From an uncultured Bacilli bacterium (GTDB lineage: Bacteria > Bacillota_I > Bacilli_A > RF39 > UBA660): 61,170 nt of DNA. The first letter of the stretch is position 1, and each line of letters opens with the position of its first letter. The notes beneath the pieces were generated by a model. The model had not been told where the DNA came from and made no database searches. It saw nothing but the letters and a program-made list of their open reading frames with translations. The stretch is taken from positions 74,889 to 136,058 of the forward strand of contig CANQYE010000001.1 of assembly GCA_947627995.1 (NCBI GenBank), in the 5' to 3' direction. The position numbers were made by a program, and so were the translations under genes. This document shows, one piece after another, positions 11,157 to 21,547 of the stretch.

Positions 11157-11981
11157 TTATTCTAAAATTTTAGTTATAAAAAAAGAAATTATTAAAAAAA
11201 TAAAAGAAGAAATTAATAAAGTTGGCGTGTATGTTACATTAGTTGGAATTAAAATTAATGAGCTCATAACAATCATACCATATATGAAACTCATTGTTTT
11301 ATTACGATATTTTTTAAGTAAAGTATAAGATATTTTTGAACCTATAAAAATCCCAATTAAATCTCCAATAAAATAGCAACATAGTGGTAAAATATAAATG
11401 ATATTTTCATTTAAATTTGCTAAATATGATTTATATAAGAAATATGGTCCAATAATCATCATTACCATTGATCCGGAAATACCGGGGAAAATTGTTAAAA
11501 TTCCATCAAGCATCCCAAATAAGGTGAAGATAAAAAGAAAAATTAGTGAGATTTGGGGAAAATTTTTAATAATATAAGTTGGATTTTCTGGAACAAAATT
11601 GGATAATATTGCAATTATAAATAAGCCGATAATAAAAAAAATAATATTAATTTTTGAATCTTTAAATTCTTTTTTATAAAATTTTGGAATATTAAATAAT
11701 ACAAAACCAGAAAACATAAATAAAGTTTGAATCGGAATAAAAGTAAAAAGTAATTCAGTCACATTAGCAAAAGTTATAGATCCTAAAATAATGCCCAATA
11801 TTATAAAAATAATAAAATTTTTATTATTTTTAACATTTTTATTAAAAATATTGGTTAATTCATAAATAAATTTATCAAATTGATTTAATAAAACTAAAGC
11901 TGTTCCTCCAGAAATTCCTGGAATTAATGATAAAGCACCAACTAAGTATCCACTAATAAAATTTTTCAAATAAATCACCAA
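11157..11981 (-). CDS. DUF368 family membrane protein (PopT-like, family implicated in undecaprenyl-phosphate recycling)
   Basis: Duplicated GISGGTALVLLN and FPGISGSMVMMIIG motifs in a polytopic 274-aa protein. Confidence 0.7.
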   Translation of the reverse strand: MVIYLKNFISGYLVGALSLIPGISGGTALVLLNQFDKFIYELTNIFNKNVKNNKNFIIFIILGIILGSITFANVTELLFTFIPIQTLFMFSGFVLFNIPKFYKKEFKDSKINIIFFIIGLFIIAILSNFVPENPTYIIKNFPQISLIFLFIFTLFGMLDGILTIFPGISGSMVMMIIGPYFLYKSYLANLNENIIYILPLCCYFIGDLIGIFIGSKISYTLLKKYRNKTMSFIYGMIVMSSLILIPTNVTYTPTLLISSFIFLIISFFITKILE

Positions 11982-12063
11982 TCAATTATATGAAAATATA
12001 AAAAAAATTATCCATATACTAAAATATATAATGTGATATAATCATATACATAAAGAGGTAAGT

Positions 12064-13284
12064 ATGAATAAAAAATTTTTATTAATTATTTTATTAATTA
12101 TTTTCCCAATTAAAGTAAGTGCTTTAAATATTTCTGATTTAGCATTAAAATCAAATAATATAGTACTTTATAATTTAGATGATAACTCTATATTATATGA
12201 GCGTAATAAAGATGAAAAAGTATCAATTGCCAGTATGACTAAAATATTAACAGCTATGGTAGTTATTGAAAATAAAAAAGATCTAAATGAAAAAATCATT
12301 TTGAAATCAGCAGATTTTAAAAATGTAGAAAAATATAATTTAGCAACTGCTGGATTTAAAATAGGGGATAATGTAACATATGAAGATTTATTATATGGAC
12401 TTTTATTTTTATCTGGTGGTGAATGTGCTTTTGCTTTAGCTAATAACACTATTTTTAATTATGATACATTTATAATTAATATGAATAAACTAGCAAAAAA
12501 AATCGGCTTAAAAAATTCTTCTTTTACTAATCCTGTAGGTTATGATGAAGATAAACATTACTCTACAGTAAATGATGTATATTTATTATTTAAATATGCT
12601 ATGGAGAATAGTACTTTTAAAAAAATTATAACTAAAAAAAGTTTTACAACTTCTAATAACATGTTTATTAAAAATAATGTTTTAAATAAATTTTTAAGTA
12701 TTTCCGGCAAAAAGTATATGATTGCTGGAAAAACTGGAACTACTAAAAAAGCAGGATATTCACTGGCTTCTGTTATTAAATTAAAAGATATAAATTTAAT
12801 GTTAGTTACAACTTCGACTCCCCTTGATTATAAAGCATATTATAATTTTTATGATGCATATAAAATATATGAATATTTTTTAAATAATTACGAATATAGA
12901 AATTTAACACCTCAAGGTAAAGTTTTAGTAACAACAAAAATAAAGTATACAAAAGATGATAAAGCCTTAATTACAACCAATGAAAAGTTAAAAAAATATA
13001 TTAATAAAAATACTAATAACATAAAATATAAATATATAAGTAATAACAAACTTAAATTTAATTCAAAGAAAAATAAATTAGTTGGCAAAATAAAAGTATA
13101 TGTGGATGATAAAGAGGTTGGAGTGGTCAATGCTATTTTAAAAAATGATTTGAAATTTAGTTTGCAAAAATGGATAATGGCTAATAAACTTGTTTTTTTC
13201 TTTGTTATTATATGCATAATATTTATTGTCATATTTAATTTAAAAATTTTAAAAAAACTAATAAATAGAATTAAAAGTTTTTGA
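12064..13284 (+). CDS. D-alanyl-D-alanine carboxypeptidase (S11, PBP5-like) with a C-terminal membrane anchor
   Basis: Signal peptide, SIASMTKIL (SxxK) and KTGTT (KTG) motifs, and a C-terminal TM. Confidence 0.85.
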   Translation: MNKKFLLIILLIIFPIKVSALNISDLALKSNNIVLYNLDDNSILYERNKDEKVSIASMTKILTAMVVIENKKDLNEKIILKSADFKNVEKYNLATAGFKIGDNVTYEDLLYGLLFLSGGECAFALANNTIFNYDTFIINMNKLAKKIGLKNSSFTNPVGYDEDKHYSTVNDVYLLFKYAMENSTFKKIITKKSFTTSNNMFIKNNVLNKFLSISGKKYMIAGKTGTTKKAGYSLASVIKLKDINLMLVTTSTPLDYKAYYNFYDAYKIYEYFLNNYEYRNLTPQGKVLVTTKIKYTKDDKALITTNEKLKKYINKNTNNIKYKYISNNKLKFNSKKNKLVGKIKVYVDDKEVGVVNAILKNDLKFSLQKWIMANKLVFFFVIICIIFIVIFNLKILKKLINRIKSF

Positions 13285-13327
13285 TTGTGAAAAATAGGTT
13301 TATATGATAAGATGTAATATATAGGAG

Positions 13328-13897
13328 GTGCTTATGAGTACTATTACAATTATTTTAATTATTATTGGAGCTGTGATATTATTAGTATTATTTTATATTA
13401 TTGGTACAAGAAATTCATTTATTGGGCTTAAAAATAATGTTGAAAATGAATGGAGCCAAATAGATATTCAGTTGAAGAAAAGATATGATTTAATTCCAAA
13501 TTTAGTAGAAACAGTTAAAGGTTATGCAAAGCATGAAAAAGAAACTTTAAATAGTGTTATCAATGCTAGAAATGCCTATGCGAATGCCACTACCCAAGAA
13601 GGTCAAATTAAAGCTAGTAATGATCTTAGTAATGCAATATCTAAATTATTCGCTTTATCGGAAAGTTATCCAGATTTGAAAGCGAATACTAATTTTATTG
13701 ATTTACAAGATACATTAAAAGAAATAGAAGAAAAAATTGCTTATTCAAGAAGTTTTTATAATGATTCTGTTTTAAAATATAATAATAAAGTTGAAATGTT
13801 TCCAAGTAATATAATAGCTTCGTTATTTCACTTTAACAAAAAGACATTTTTTGAAATTATTGAAGAACAAAGAGAAAATGTTCAAGTTAAATTTTAA
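13328..13897 (+). CDS. LemA family protein
   Basis: N-terminal TM and the WSQIDIQLKKRYDLIPNLVETVKGYAKHEKETL signature region. Confidence 0.85.
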   Translation: MLMSTITIILIIIGAVILLVLFYIIGTRNSFIGLKNNVENEWSQIDIQLKKRYDLIPNLVETVKGYAKHEKETLNSVINARNAYANATTQEGQIKASNDLSNAISKLFALSESYPDLKANTNFIDLQDTLKEIEEKIAYSRSFYNDSVLKYNNKVEMFPSNIIASLFHFNKKTFFEIIEEQRENVQVKF

Positions 13898-13923
13898 TTT
13901 GAACTTTTTTTAAGGAGAAAATT

Positions 13924-15150
13924 ATGAATATAAAAGATATTATTGAAAAAAAGAAAGATGGTAAAGAATTAAGTTATGCAGAATTAGAATTTGCATTTAA
14001 TGGATTTTTAAACAAAGAAATTCCTGATTATCAAATAAGTGCGCTATTAATGGCTATTACAATTAATAGTATGACTTTTAATGAAACTTTAAATTTAACT
14101 GATATTTTTATTAAAAGTGGGGAAGTATTAAATTTATGTAATTTATATAAAGAAACTGCTGATAAGCATTCAACAGGTGGGATTGGTGATAAAGTATCTT
14201 TAATAGTAGTTCCTTTGGTAGCTTCATGCGGTATAATAGTACCGAAAATGAGTGGTAGAGAGCTTGGCATTACTGGAGGAACAATTGATAAATTAGAAAG
14301 CATTCCTGGTTTTAAAATTAATGTTCCTAAAGAAGATTTCTTTAAAGAATTAAAAGATGTTGGTTGTGCAATAATTGCGCAAAGTAATGAAATTGCTCCT
14401 TTAGATAAAATCGTTTATGAATTAAGAGATGTTACTGCTACAGTTTCCTCTGTACCTTTAATTGCATCAAGTATTATGAGTAAAAAAATAGCTCTTGGAG
14501 CTAAAAATATTTTAATTGATTTAAAAATAGGTAAAGGTGCTCTTATACAAAGTAATAAAGATGCAATTTTACTTAAAACGTGGTTAGAAAATATTGGAAG
14601 TCATTACGATAAAAATGTTAGGGTTATTATTAGTAATATGGATAATCCTCTTGGAAATAATGTTGGAAATGCTTTAGAAGTAGTAGAAGCAATTGATGTA
14701 CTGAAAGGCAAGAAGGGAAATTTAAGGGATGTATGTCTTTTAATTGCTGCAAATATTGTTAATATGACTAAAAAAATTTCTTTTAATGATGCTAAGGAAA
14801 TGGTTGTTAAAAATTTGGATAATAATAATGCACTAAAAAAGTTTTATGAAATGGTAAAATATCAAGGTGGTAATATAGAAAAATTAAAGCTTAGTAAAAA
14901 AATAATTGAAATAAAATCTAATAAAGAAGGTATTTTAAAACAAATTGATGCTAAAAAAATTGGCGAAATAACATTATTATTAGGAGCAGGTCGTATGAGT
15001 AAGAATGATGCTATTGATTATGGCGTAGGATTAGAAATAGTTCAAGAATTAGGTAATAAAATTGCAAAAGGAGATATTCTTTGCAAACTATATGTTAAAG
15101 ATAATTTTATAAATAATTTAAATATAGAAGATGCTTTTTTAATAAATTAA
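13924..15150 (+). CDS. pdp: Pyrimidine-nucleoside (thymidine) phosphorylase
   Basis: KHSTGGIGDKVSL motif, 408 aa. Confidence 0.9.
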   Translation: MNIKDIIEKKKDGKELSYAELEFAFNGFLNKEIPDYQISALLMAITINSMTFNETLNLTDIFIKSGEVLNLCNLYKETADKHSTGGIGDKVSLIVVPLVASCGIIVPKMSGRELGITGGTIDKLESIPGFKINVPKEDFFKELKDVGCAIIAQSNEIAPLDKIVYELRDVTATVSSVPLIASSIMSKKIALGAKNILIDLKIGKGALIQSNKDAILLKTWLENIGSHYDKNVRVIISNMDNPLGNNVGNALEVVEAIDVLKGKKGNLRDVCLLIAANIVNMTKKISFNDAKEMVVKNLDNNNALKKFYEMVKYQGGNIEKLKLSKKIIEIKSNKEGILKQIDAKKIGEITLLLGAGRMSKNDAIDYGVGLEIVQELGNKIAKGDILCKLYVKDNFINNLNIEDAFLIN

Positions 15151-15221
15151 AATTGATTTGATTAAATATCTTGTTAATATTTTTTATTTATTATATAATA
15201 TAAAAAGTGAATGGAGGAATT

Positions 15222-16460
15222 ATGAAAAATATTCATGAAATAGAAATAAAATTAGAAAAGGAATGGACAGATGCTTTAGATGTTACTTTTAAGAAAAAAA
15301 GTAAAGATGCAAATGTTGATGGTTTTAGAAAAGGAAATGTGCCAAAGGATATTTTTATAAAAAAATTTGGAATAGAATCATTATATATGGATAGTGTTGA
15401 TGCAGTAATTTCTATTGCTTATAAAAAGATATTGGATCAAAATAAACTAATACCAGAAATAGAACCTAAAGTAGATATTAAAGATATAAATGAAAAAAGT
15501 ATAACTTTTTTGTTTACTATTGTCACTAAGCCTGAACTAAAATTAGGAGAATATAAAAATCTTGGAATAAAAAAAGGTAAAGTAACAATTTCAAAAGATG
15601 AAATTGAAAATGAAATTAAAAATTTAAGATCACGTTATGCAGAAATTGTTATAAAAGAAAAAGGAACAGTAGAAGATGGAAATACTGCAGTTATTGATTT
15701 TGAAGGAACCGTAGATGGTAAAAAACTAGAGGGCGGTTCTGGTAAAGATTATCCATTAGAAATTGGTTCTAATACTTTTATTCCTGGATTTGAAAGTGGC
15801 CTTATTGGCATGAAAGTTGGGGAGAAAAAAACACTTAAATTAAAATTCCCTGAAAATTATACTGATGATCTTAAAAATAAAGATGTAACTTTCGATGTTA
15901 CTATTAAGGAAATAAAAGAACGTGTTTTACCAGAATTAAATAAAGACTTTTATGAAGATTTAGGTTATGAAGTAAAAGATGAAAATGAATTCAAAGAAAG
16001 AGTAAAAAAAGATCTTAAAGATCGTAAACAACAAGAAGTTGATGATAAATATTTAGAAGATGTTATGGAAAAAGCAGCTGCTAATATGAAAGGAGAAATA
16101 AATAACGAAATTATACATGAAGAAATTCATAGAATGATACATCAATATGAAGAACAATTAAAAATGCAAGGTTTATCAATTGATCAATATTTAGAATTTA
16201 CTAAACAGACTCGTGAAGATTTGGAAAAAATGATGGAAAAAGAAGCGGCTAAAAGAGTAAAATATCGTTATTTATTAGAAAATGTTGCAGAGGCAGAGAA
16301 AATTGAGATAAGTGATGCTGATGCTAAAAAAGAAGCAAAAATAATGGCAGAAACTTATGGTATGAAAGAAAATGAATTCTTAACACAATTTGGTGGTTTA
16401 GATATCGTAAAATATGACATGAAAATGCGTAAAGCAATGGAAATATTAAAAAATAATTAA
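15222..16460 (+). CDS. tig: Trigger factor
   Basis: FRKGNVPKDIF and the FKBP-type IPGFESGLIGMKVGE motif. The ATG at 15222 is preceded by a GGAGGA SD; the track's GTG at 15207 is less likely. Confidence 0.93.
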   Translation: MKNIHEIEIKLEKEWTDALDVTFKKKSKDANVDGFRKGNVPKDIFIKKFGIESLYMDSVDAVISIAYKKILDQNKLIPEIEPKVDIKDINEKSITFLFTIVTKPELKLGEYKNLGIKKGKVTISKDEIENEIKNLRSRYAEIVIKEKGTVEDGNTAVIDFEGTVDGKKLEGGSGKDYPLEIGSNTFIPGFESGLIGMKVGEKKTLKLKFPENYTDDLKNKDVTFDVTIKEIKERVLPELNKDFYEDLGYEVKDENEFKERVKKDLKDRKQQEVDDKYLEDVMEKAAANMKGEINNEIIHEEIHRMIHQYEEQLKMQGLSIDQYLEFTKQTREDLEKMMEKEAAKRVKYRYLLENVAEAEKIEISDADAKKEAKIMAETYGMKENEFLTQFGGLDIVKYDMKMRKAMEILKNN

Positions 16461-16480
16461 GCAAATAATTTGCTTTTTTT
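16459..16480 (+). terminator. Rho-independent terminator after tig
   Basis: AAGCAAA-TAA-TTTGCTT hairpin followed by a T run. Confidence 0.6.
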
Positions 16481-16577
16481 ATTTTAAATAAAAATTGCAA
16501 AAAATGTCGAAAAATTATTTACAAAAAAAGATTTTTTATTTATAATATACTTTAAATTCATTAAGGAGGTTTGCAGT

Positions 16578-18887
16578 ATGAATTATAATTTACCAGTTAT
16601 CCTTCTTAAAAATCTTGTTATTTTACCTCATGGTGAGGTAAGAATTGAATTGAATAATGATATTAGCAAAAAAGTTATCGCGATTTCCTCTAAATATCAC
16701 GATGATAAACTTTTAGTTGTTTGCCCCATTGATCAAAAAGAAGAAAATCCTGAAGTTAGTGATTTACCTAATATCGGTGTTGTTGCACATATAAAAAGTA
16801 AAATTGAATTACCTAATGGTAATATTAAGATTGTTTTAACGGGAGAAGAAAGAGTTAATATTCAAAAATATGTTAATTATAGTAATGAGGAAGAAATTTT
16901 AGAATCCATTTGTAATAAAATAGAAATAGCAGAAATAGATGAAATAAAAGAAACAGCATTTTTGCGAAAATTACTTGATTTATTTCATAAATTAATAAAA
17001 AAATCTCCTAAATTATCAAATAGTATTTTATCAAGTTTAACTGGAATTACTGAATTATCAAAACTTACTGATTTGATTGCTTCTTTTATGCCTTTATCTT
17101 TCGATAAAAAAATTAACTTAATGAAAGAAAATAATCCAATTAATAGAGCTACAATATTAATTAAGACTATTAATATTGAACTTGAGCTTTTAATTTTGGA
17201 TGAAAATATGGATATTGCTTTGCAAAAAGAAATGGAAAAAACAAACAAAAATTTTATTATTAAAGAAAAAATTAAATTTTTGAAAAAGGAATTAGGTGAA
17301 GAGAATTCACACGATAATAATGCTAATTTATATCGAGAAAAATTAAATGATTTACAAATTGATAATAAAAGTAAAATTAAAATTGAAAAAGAAATTTTTA
17401 AATTTGAAAATATGTCTGAAATGTCTCCTGAAGTATCTAGTGTAAGAGGCTATTTAGATTTAATTTTAAATTTACCATGGAATTTAGAAAAAAAAGAAGA
17501 AACTAATATTTTAAAAGTTAAAAAAAGTTTAGATGAAACGCATTATGGAATGAATAATTTAAAAGAACGAATTATTGAATATTTAGCAGTGAAAAAAAGA
17601 AATCCAAAAATTAATTGTCCTATTATTTGTTTAGTTGGACCACCAGGTGTTGGAAAAACAAGCTTTACTTTTTCTTTAGCAAAGGCATTAAATCGTGATT
17701 TTTGTAAAATCAGTGTAGGAGGCCTTAATGATGTTTCTGAATTAGTTGGACATCGTCGTACATATATTGGAGCATCTCCTGGTAAAATTATTGCAAATAT
17801 TAATAAATCTGGAAGTAATAATCCTATCATGCTAATAGATGAAGTTGATAAGATGGTGAAAGATTATAAAGGGGATCCAGCTAGTGCACTTTTGGAAATC
17901 CTTGATCCTGAACAAAATAAAATATTTGTAGATAATTATTTAGAAGAACCATTTGATTTGTCAAAAGTATTATTTATATTAACTGCAAATAATATTGAAA
18001 ATATTCCTCCAGAATTAAAGGATCGATTAGAAATTATTGAAATTAATAGTTATTCAGAAATAGACAAAGTTACGATTGCTAAAAATTATATAATACCAAA
18101 AATTTTACAAAATCATTTAGTTAAAAATAATGAAATTATTTTTAGCGATGCTATAATTTTAAAAATTATAAGACATTATACTAGTGAAGGTGGAGTACGA
18201 GAACTTTCGCGTTCTTTAAGTAAAATAGTTCGGAAAGTCATTACAAAATCAATTACAAACAATAATAAAATTAATATAAAAGTAACAAAAGATGATTTAT
18301 TAATTTTTTTAGGTCAATTTAAATATAAAGCTGGTTCAAAAGTAGCAAACGATTTTGGAGTAGTCAATTCATTAGCTTTTACGCCTATTGGTGGCCTTGT
18401 TATGAATATTGAAACAATATTATCTGATGGTCATGAAAATATTATATTAACTGGTTTATTAGGTAAAATAATGCAAGAAAGTGTAAAGGTTTCAATCTCT
18501 TATATTAAATCACATTATAATAAATTAAATTTAAATATTAATTCATTAAAAAATGTTGATATCCATGTACATGCTTTAGCAGCAGCAATTAATAAAGAAG
18601 GACCTTCAGCCGGAACTGCAATAACTACTTCCATAATCAGTGCAGTTTTAAAGAAAAGAATAAGTAATTCTGTTGCTATGACAGGAGAAATATCATTAAA
18701 TGGTTGTATACTAAAAGTCGGCGGTTTAAAAGATAAAATAATCGGTGCATATAATAATAATATTAAAACAGTTTATATTCCATATGATAATAAGAATGAG
18801 CTAATTGAAATTCCTGAAAAAATAAAAAATAAAATAAAAATAATACCTGTGAAAAATTATATTGAAATATTTAATGATTTGTTTTAA
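16578..18887 (+). CDS. lon: ATP-dependent Lon protease (LonA type)
   Basis: LON N-domain, GPPGVGKTS Walker A and the KEGPSAGTAITT catalytic Ser region. 769 aa. Confidence 0.95.
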   Translation: MNYNLPVILLKNLVILPHGEVRIELNNDISKKVIAISSKYHDDKLLVVCPIDQKEENPEVSDLPNIGVVAHIKSKIELPNGNIKIVLTGEERVNIQKYVNYSNEEEILESICNKIEIAEIDEIKETAFLRKLLDLFHKLIKKSPKLSNSILSSLTGITELSKLTDLIASFMPLSFDKKINLMKENNPINRATILIKTINIELELLILDENMDIALQKEMEKTNKNFIIKEKIKFLKKELGEENSHDNNANLYREKLNDLQIDNKSKIKIEKEIFKFENMSEMSPEVSSVRGYLDLILNLPWNLEKKEETNILKVKKSLDETHYGMNNLKERIIEYLAVKKRNPKINCPIICLVGPPGVGKTSFTFSLAKALNRDFCKISVGGLNDVSELVGHRRTYIGASPGKIIANINKSGSNNPIMLIDEVDKMVKDYKGDPASALLEILDPEQNKIFVDNYLEEPFDLSKVLFILTANNIENIPPELKDRLEIIEINSYSEIDKVTIAKNYIIPKILQNHLVKNNEIIFSDAIILKIIRHYTSEGGVRELSRSLSKIVRKVITKSITNNNKINIKVTKDDLLIFLGQFKYKAGSKVANDFGVVNSLAFTPIGGLVMNIETILSDGHENIILTGLLGKIMQESVKVSISYIKSHYNKLNLNINSLKNVDIHVHALAAAINKEGPSAGTAITTSIISAVLKKRISNSVAMTGEISLNGCILKVGGLKDKIIGAYNNNIKTVYIPYDNKNELIEIPEKIKNKIKIIPVKNYIEIFNDLF

Positions 18888-18939
18888 ATCATAATTAATC
18901 ATTTCTTTCATAAACTTAATTAGAAAGGAATGATTTTTT

Positions 18940-19668
18940 ATGAAACAAACTATCCCATTTTCAAAAGATATTATTTTTCAAACAAAGATAGCAGATATCA
19001 CTAGTATTTCCTTGGAACATGAATATAATATTACCGATGAAGGAATAAAAGGAGATTTTATCGTTTCAGGTACTTATAAAACTCATGAAGTAAGTATAAA
19101 TAAGGAAAGCTTTTTATATCGTTTACCATTTTTTGTTGAATTAACAGATGATATTGATAAAGATTCTGTAAATTTTGAAATAGAAGATTTTACGTATGAA
19201 TTAGTATCTGATGATGATTTAAAAGTTAATATTGAATTCAATGTCGAGGGGAATGTTTTAGAAAAAGAAGAAATTCAAACACCTGAAGTTGAAGAAATTA
19301 ATGAAATAATCATGCCAACAGCTACCGAAGAAAGATTAGAAACAAAAGATGAAATAGTAGAAGAAAAAACAGAAGTAGGAGAGGAAATAATTGAAGATAA
19401 AATAGAGGATGATGTTAGTTCAGAAGATTTAAAAAAAGAAGAAAAATCTAGATTAGATGAAGAAACAAAACAAAATATAATGGCAACTGTAAGTAATAGT
19501 GAAGAAACATATATTACTTATCACGTTCATATTATTCGTGAAAATGATACAATTGAGAGTATTTGTCAAAATTATAAAATTTCAATGGAACAAATTAAGC
19601 AATATAATAATATAGATTCTATAACTATTGGCGATAAAATTATAATTCCAGAAGTTATTGATGAATAA
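18940..19668 (+). CDS. spoVID: SpoVID-like spore morphogenetic protein (N-terminal SPOCS-like region, acidic linker, C-terminal LysM)
   Basis: N-terminus FSKDIIFQTKIADITSISLEH...GDFIVSGTY, a Glu-rich middle, and the C-terminal YHVHIIRENDTIESICQNYKISMEQIKQYNN LysM. Followed by a ysxE-like gene as in Bacillus. Confidence 0.6.
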   Translation: MKQTIPFSKDIIFQTKIADITSISLEHEYNITDEGIKGDFIVSGTYKTHEVSINKESFLYRLPFFVELTDDIDKDSVNFEIEDFTYELVSDDDLKVNIEFNVEGNVLEKEEIQTPEVEEINEIIMPTATEERLETKDEIVEEKTEVGEEIIEDKIEDDVSSEDLKKEEKSRLDEETKQNIMATVSNSEETYITYHVHIIRENDTIESICQNYKISMEQIKQYNNIDSITIGDKIIIPEVIDE

Positions 19669-20560
19669 ATCCTTAGATGTTATTAAAAAAGCATACAAAC
19701 CTTATCGCTATACAATAAAAAATAAAGCTACAATAATTGAAACAACTTCTGGTACCTATGTAGTTAAAAATAAAAAGCAAAAAAATATTCATAAATTATA
19801 TGAATATTTAAAATCTCGTAATTTTGATTATTTTCCAGCTATTATCGAAGAAAATAGAGATGGTGTTAATATTTTTGAGTATATAGAAGAAATTGAAATA
19901 CCTAAAGAACAAAAGGCAGAGGATATGATTGATCTTGTTGCTTTATTACATAATAAAACTTCTTTTTTTAAAGAAGTTAATTTAGATAGTTATCAAGAAA
20001 TTTATGATAACATAATAAATAATATTAATGATTTAAAAATATTTTATAATAATTTATTTGATAATATTGAAAATATGATATATTTATCTCCTAGTGCTTA
20101 TTTGTTAATAAGAAATTCTTCTAAAATTAACAGTGCTTTAGATTTTTGTGAAAGTGAGATAAAAGAATGGTTTGAACTAGTTAAAAATGAAGATAAGCAA
20201 CGTGTAGCGACAATTCATAATAATTTATCAACTACTCATTTCATTCACAATAATAAAAATTATTTAATAAGTTGGGAGAATTCTAAAATAGATTCACCTG
20301 TTTTAGATCTAATTAATTTTTATAAAAATGATTATTTGGATTTAAGGTTTGATGAAATTTTAAAAAGATATTTGAGAACATTTCCTTTATCAAATGCTGA
20401 ACTTAAACTTTTTTATATTGTTATATCCATTCCTCCTAAAATAAGAGTTTTAAAAAATGAATTCCAAAATTGTAGGAATATAAGTACAATTTTAGATTAT
20501 ATTTATAAAACTGAAAAACTAGTGCGGCCATACTATTCTGAACAAGAAGAAAAAAAGTAA
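19658..20560 (+). CDS. YsxE/CotS-family spore coat kinase-like protein
   Basis: 300 aa with a phosphotransferase-like IHNNLSTTHFIHN segment. Overlaps the spoVID-like gene; synteny supports the call. Confidence 0.5.
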   Translation: MMNKSLDVIKKAYKPYRYTIKNKATIIETTSGTYVVKNKKQKNIHKLYEYLKSRNFDYFPAIIEENRDGVNIFEYIEEIEIPKEQKAEDMIDLVALLHNKTSFFKEVNLDSYQEIYDNIINNINDLKIFYNNLFDNIENMIYLSPSAYLLIRNSSKINSALDFCESEIKEWFELVKNEDKQRVATIHNNLSTTHFIHNNKNYLISWENSKIDSPVLDLINFYKNDYLDLRFDEILKRYLRTFPLSNAELKLFYIVISIPPKIRVLKNEFQNCRNISTILDYIYKTEKLVRPYYSEQEEKK

Positions 20561-20701
20561 TGCCAATTCAATTAATAGAATAAAAATATTAAATCTAAAA
20601 GGGAGAATTAATGTTATAATTGTTTGATAAAAGATTAAAATGGAAAGTCCAGCGATAGCTAAAATACTAAATAATCCTGGTGGTCTATATTTAGGATACA
20701 T
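20519..20701 (-). CDS. Small hydrophobic protein (about 60 aa), function unknown
   Basis: AGGTGA SD lies 5 nt upstream of the ATG at 20701. Two predicted TM segments. The 3' end overlaps the convergent ysxE-like gene by 42 nt. Confidence 0.3.
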   Translation of the reverse strand: MYPKYRPPGLFSILAIAGLSILIFYQTIITLILPFRFNIFILLIELALLFFFLFRIVWPH

Positions 20702-20795
20702 ATTAATCACCTATTATATTTTATGAAAAGATAAAAATATTGAAACTATTTTTATCTTTTTTATGATATAATTATTTTAAATAGAGGGTGTTTTT

Positions 20796-21539
20796 ATGAA
20801 AAAAAGTGGGTTTATAGCAATATCATTATTGTATTCTTTTTTGCTTATTTTTGTAACTTTAATTTTAGCCTTAATATTATCTTATGCTCAAAATAGAATT
20901 TTGAATAAAAACATGAGTAAAGTTGCAAATAATAATATCGAAAAATATAAAGTTATAAAAAAAGATAATTCATTTGCTAATCAACCTATTCTTATGGATT
21001 ATATGTTGCCTATTAGATTAAATAATAATAATAAGTGGATAATTGCTGATAGTAAAAATACTAATAATGATTATAAATGGTATAATTATACTCAAGCTAT
21101 TTGGGCTCATAGTGTAAAATTCAAGGATAGTTATAAAGATTGTGATGATACAATTATTGAAGTTGGTACGCAAGTTGAAGATAATACAAAATTAAAAAAT
21201 TGCATAGAAGGTTATTATGTTTGGATACCTATTTTTTCATTTATGAAAACAAATAATTATTATTCAATAAATTTTCAAGCTATTATTAATGATTCTTTTA
21301 CTTTGGATAAAATATTTGTATATAGTTCAATAGTTGATTCTGGATCATTATTTGAAAATAAAGAAGAAAAACATTATAGAGGCATTTGGGTAAAACTTAA
21401 TGATAGTAGTTATAGTTCTAATGATGCTTTAAATACAATTAACAAACTTAAAAATAGTAAATATGGTAATTATGGAACATGTGAGAAGCATAATTGTGCT
21501 CTTATAAAAGATAAAGCAACTTATATAGCAATAGAATAG
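20796..21539 (+). CDS. Pseudopilin-like protein (N-terminal hydrophobic helix, no conserved Glu5)
   Basis: MKKSGFIAISLLYSFLLIFVTLIL has a prepilin-like leader and helix. It is the first gene of three pilin-like genes. Confidence 0.45.
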   Translation: MKKSGFIAISLLYSFLLIFVTLILALILSYAQNRILNKNMSKVANNNIEKYKVIKKDNSFANQPILMDYMLPIRLNNNNKWIIADSKNTNNDYKWYNYTQAIWAHSVKFKDSYKDCDDTIIEVGTQVEDNTKLKNCIEGYYVWIPIFSFMKTNNYYSINFQAIINDSFTLDKIFVYSSIVDSGSLFENKEEKHYRGIWVKLNDSSYSSNDALNTINKLKNSKYGNYGTCEKHNCALIKDKATYIAIE

Positions 21540-21547
21540 GTGATATT

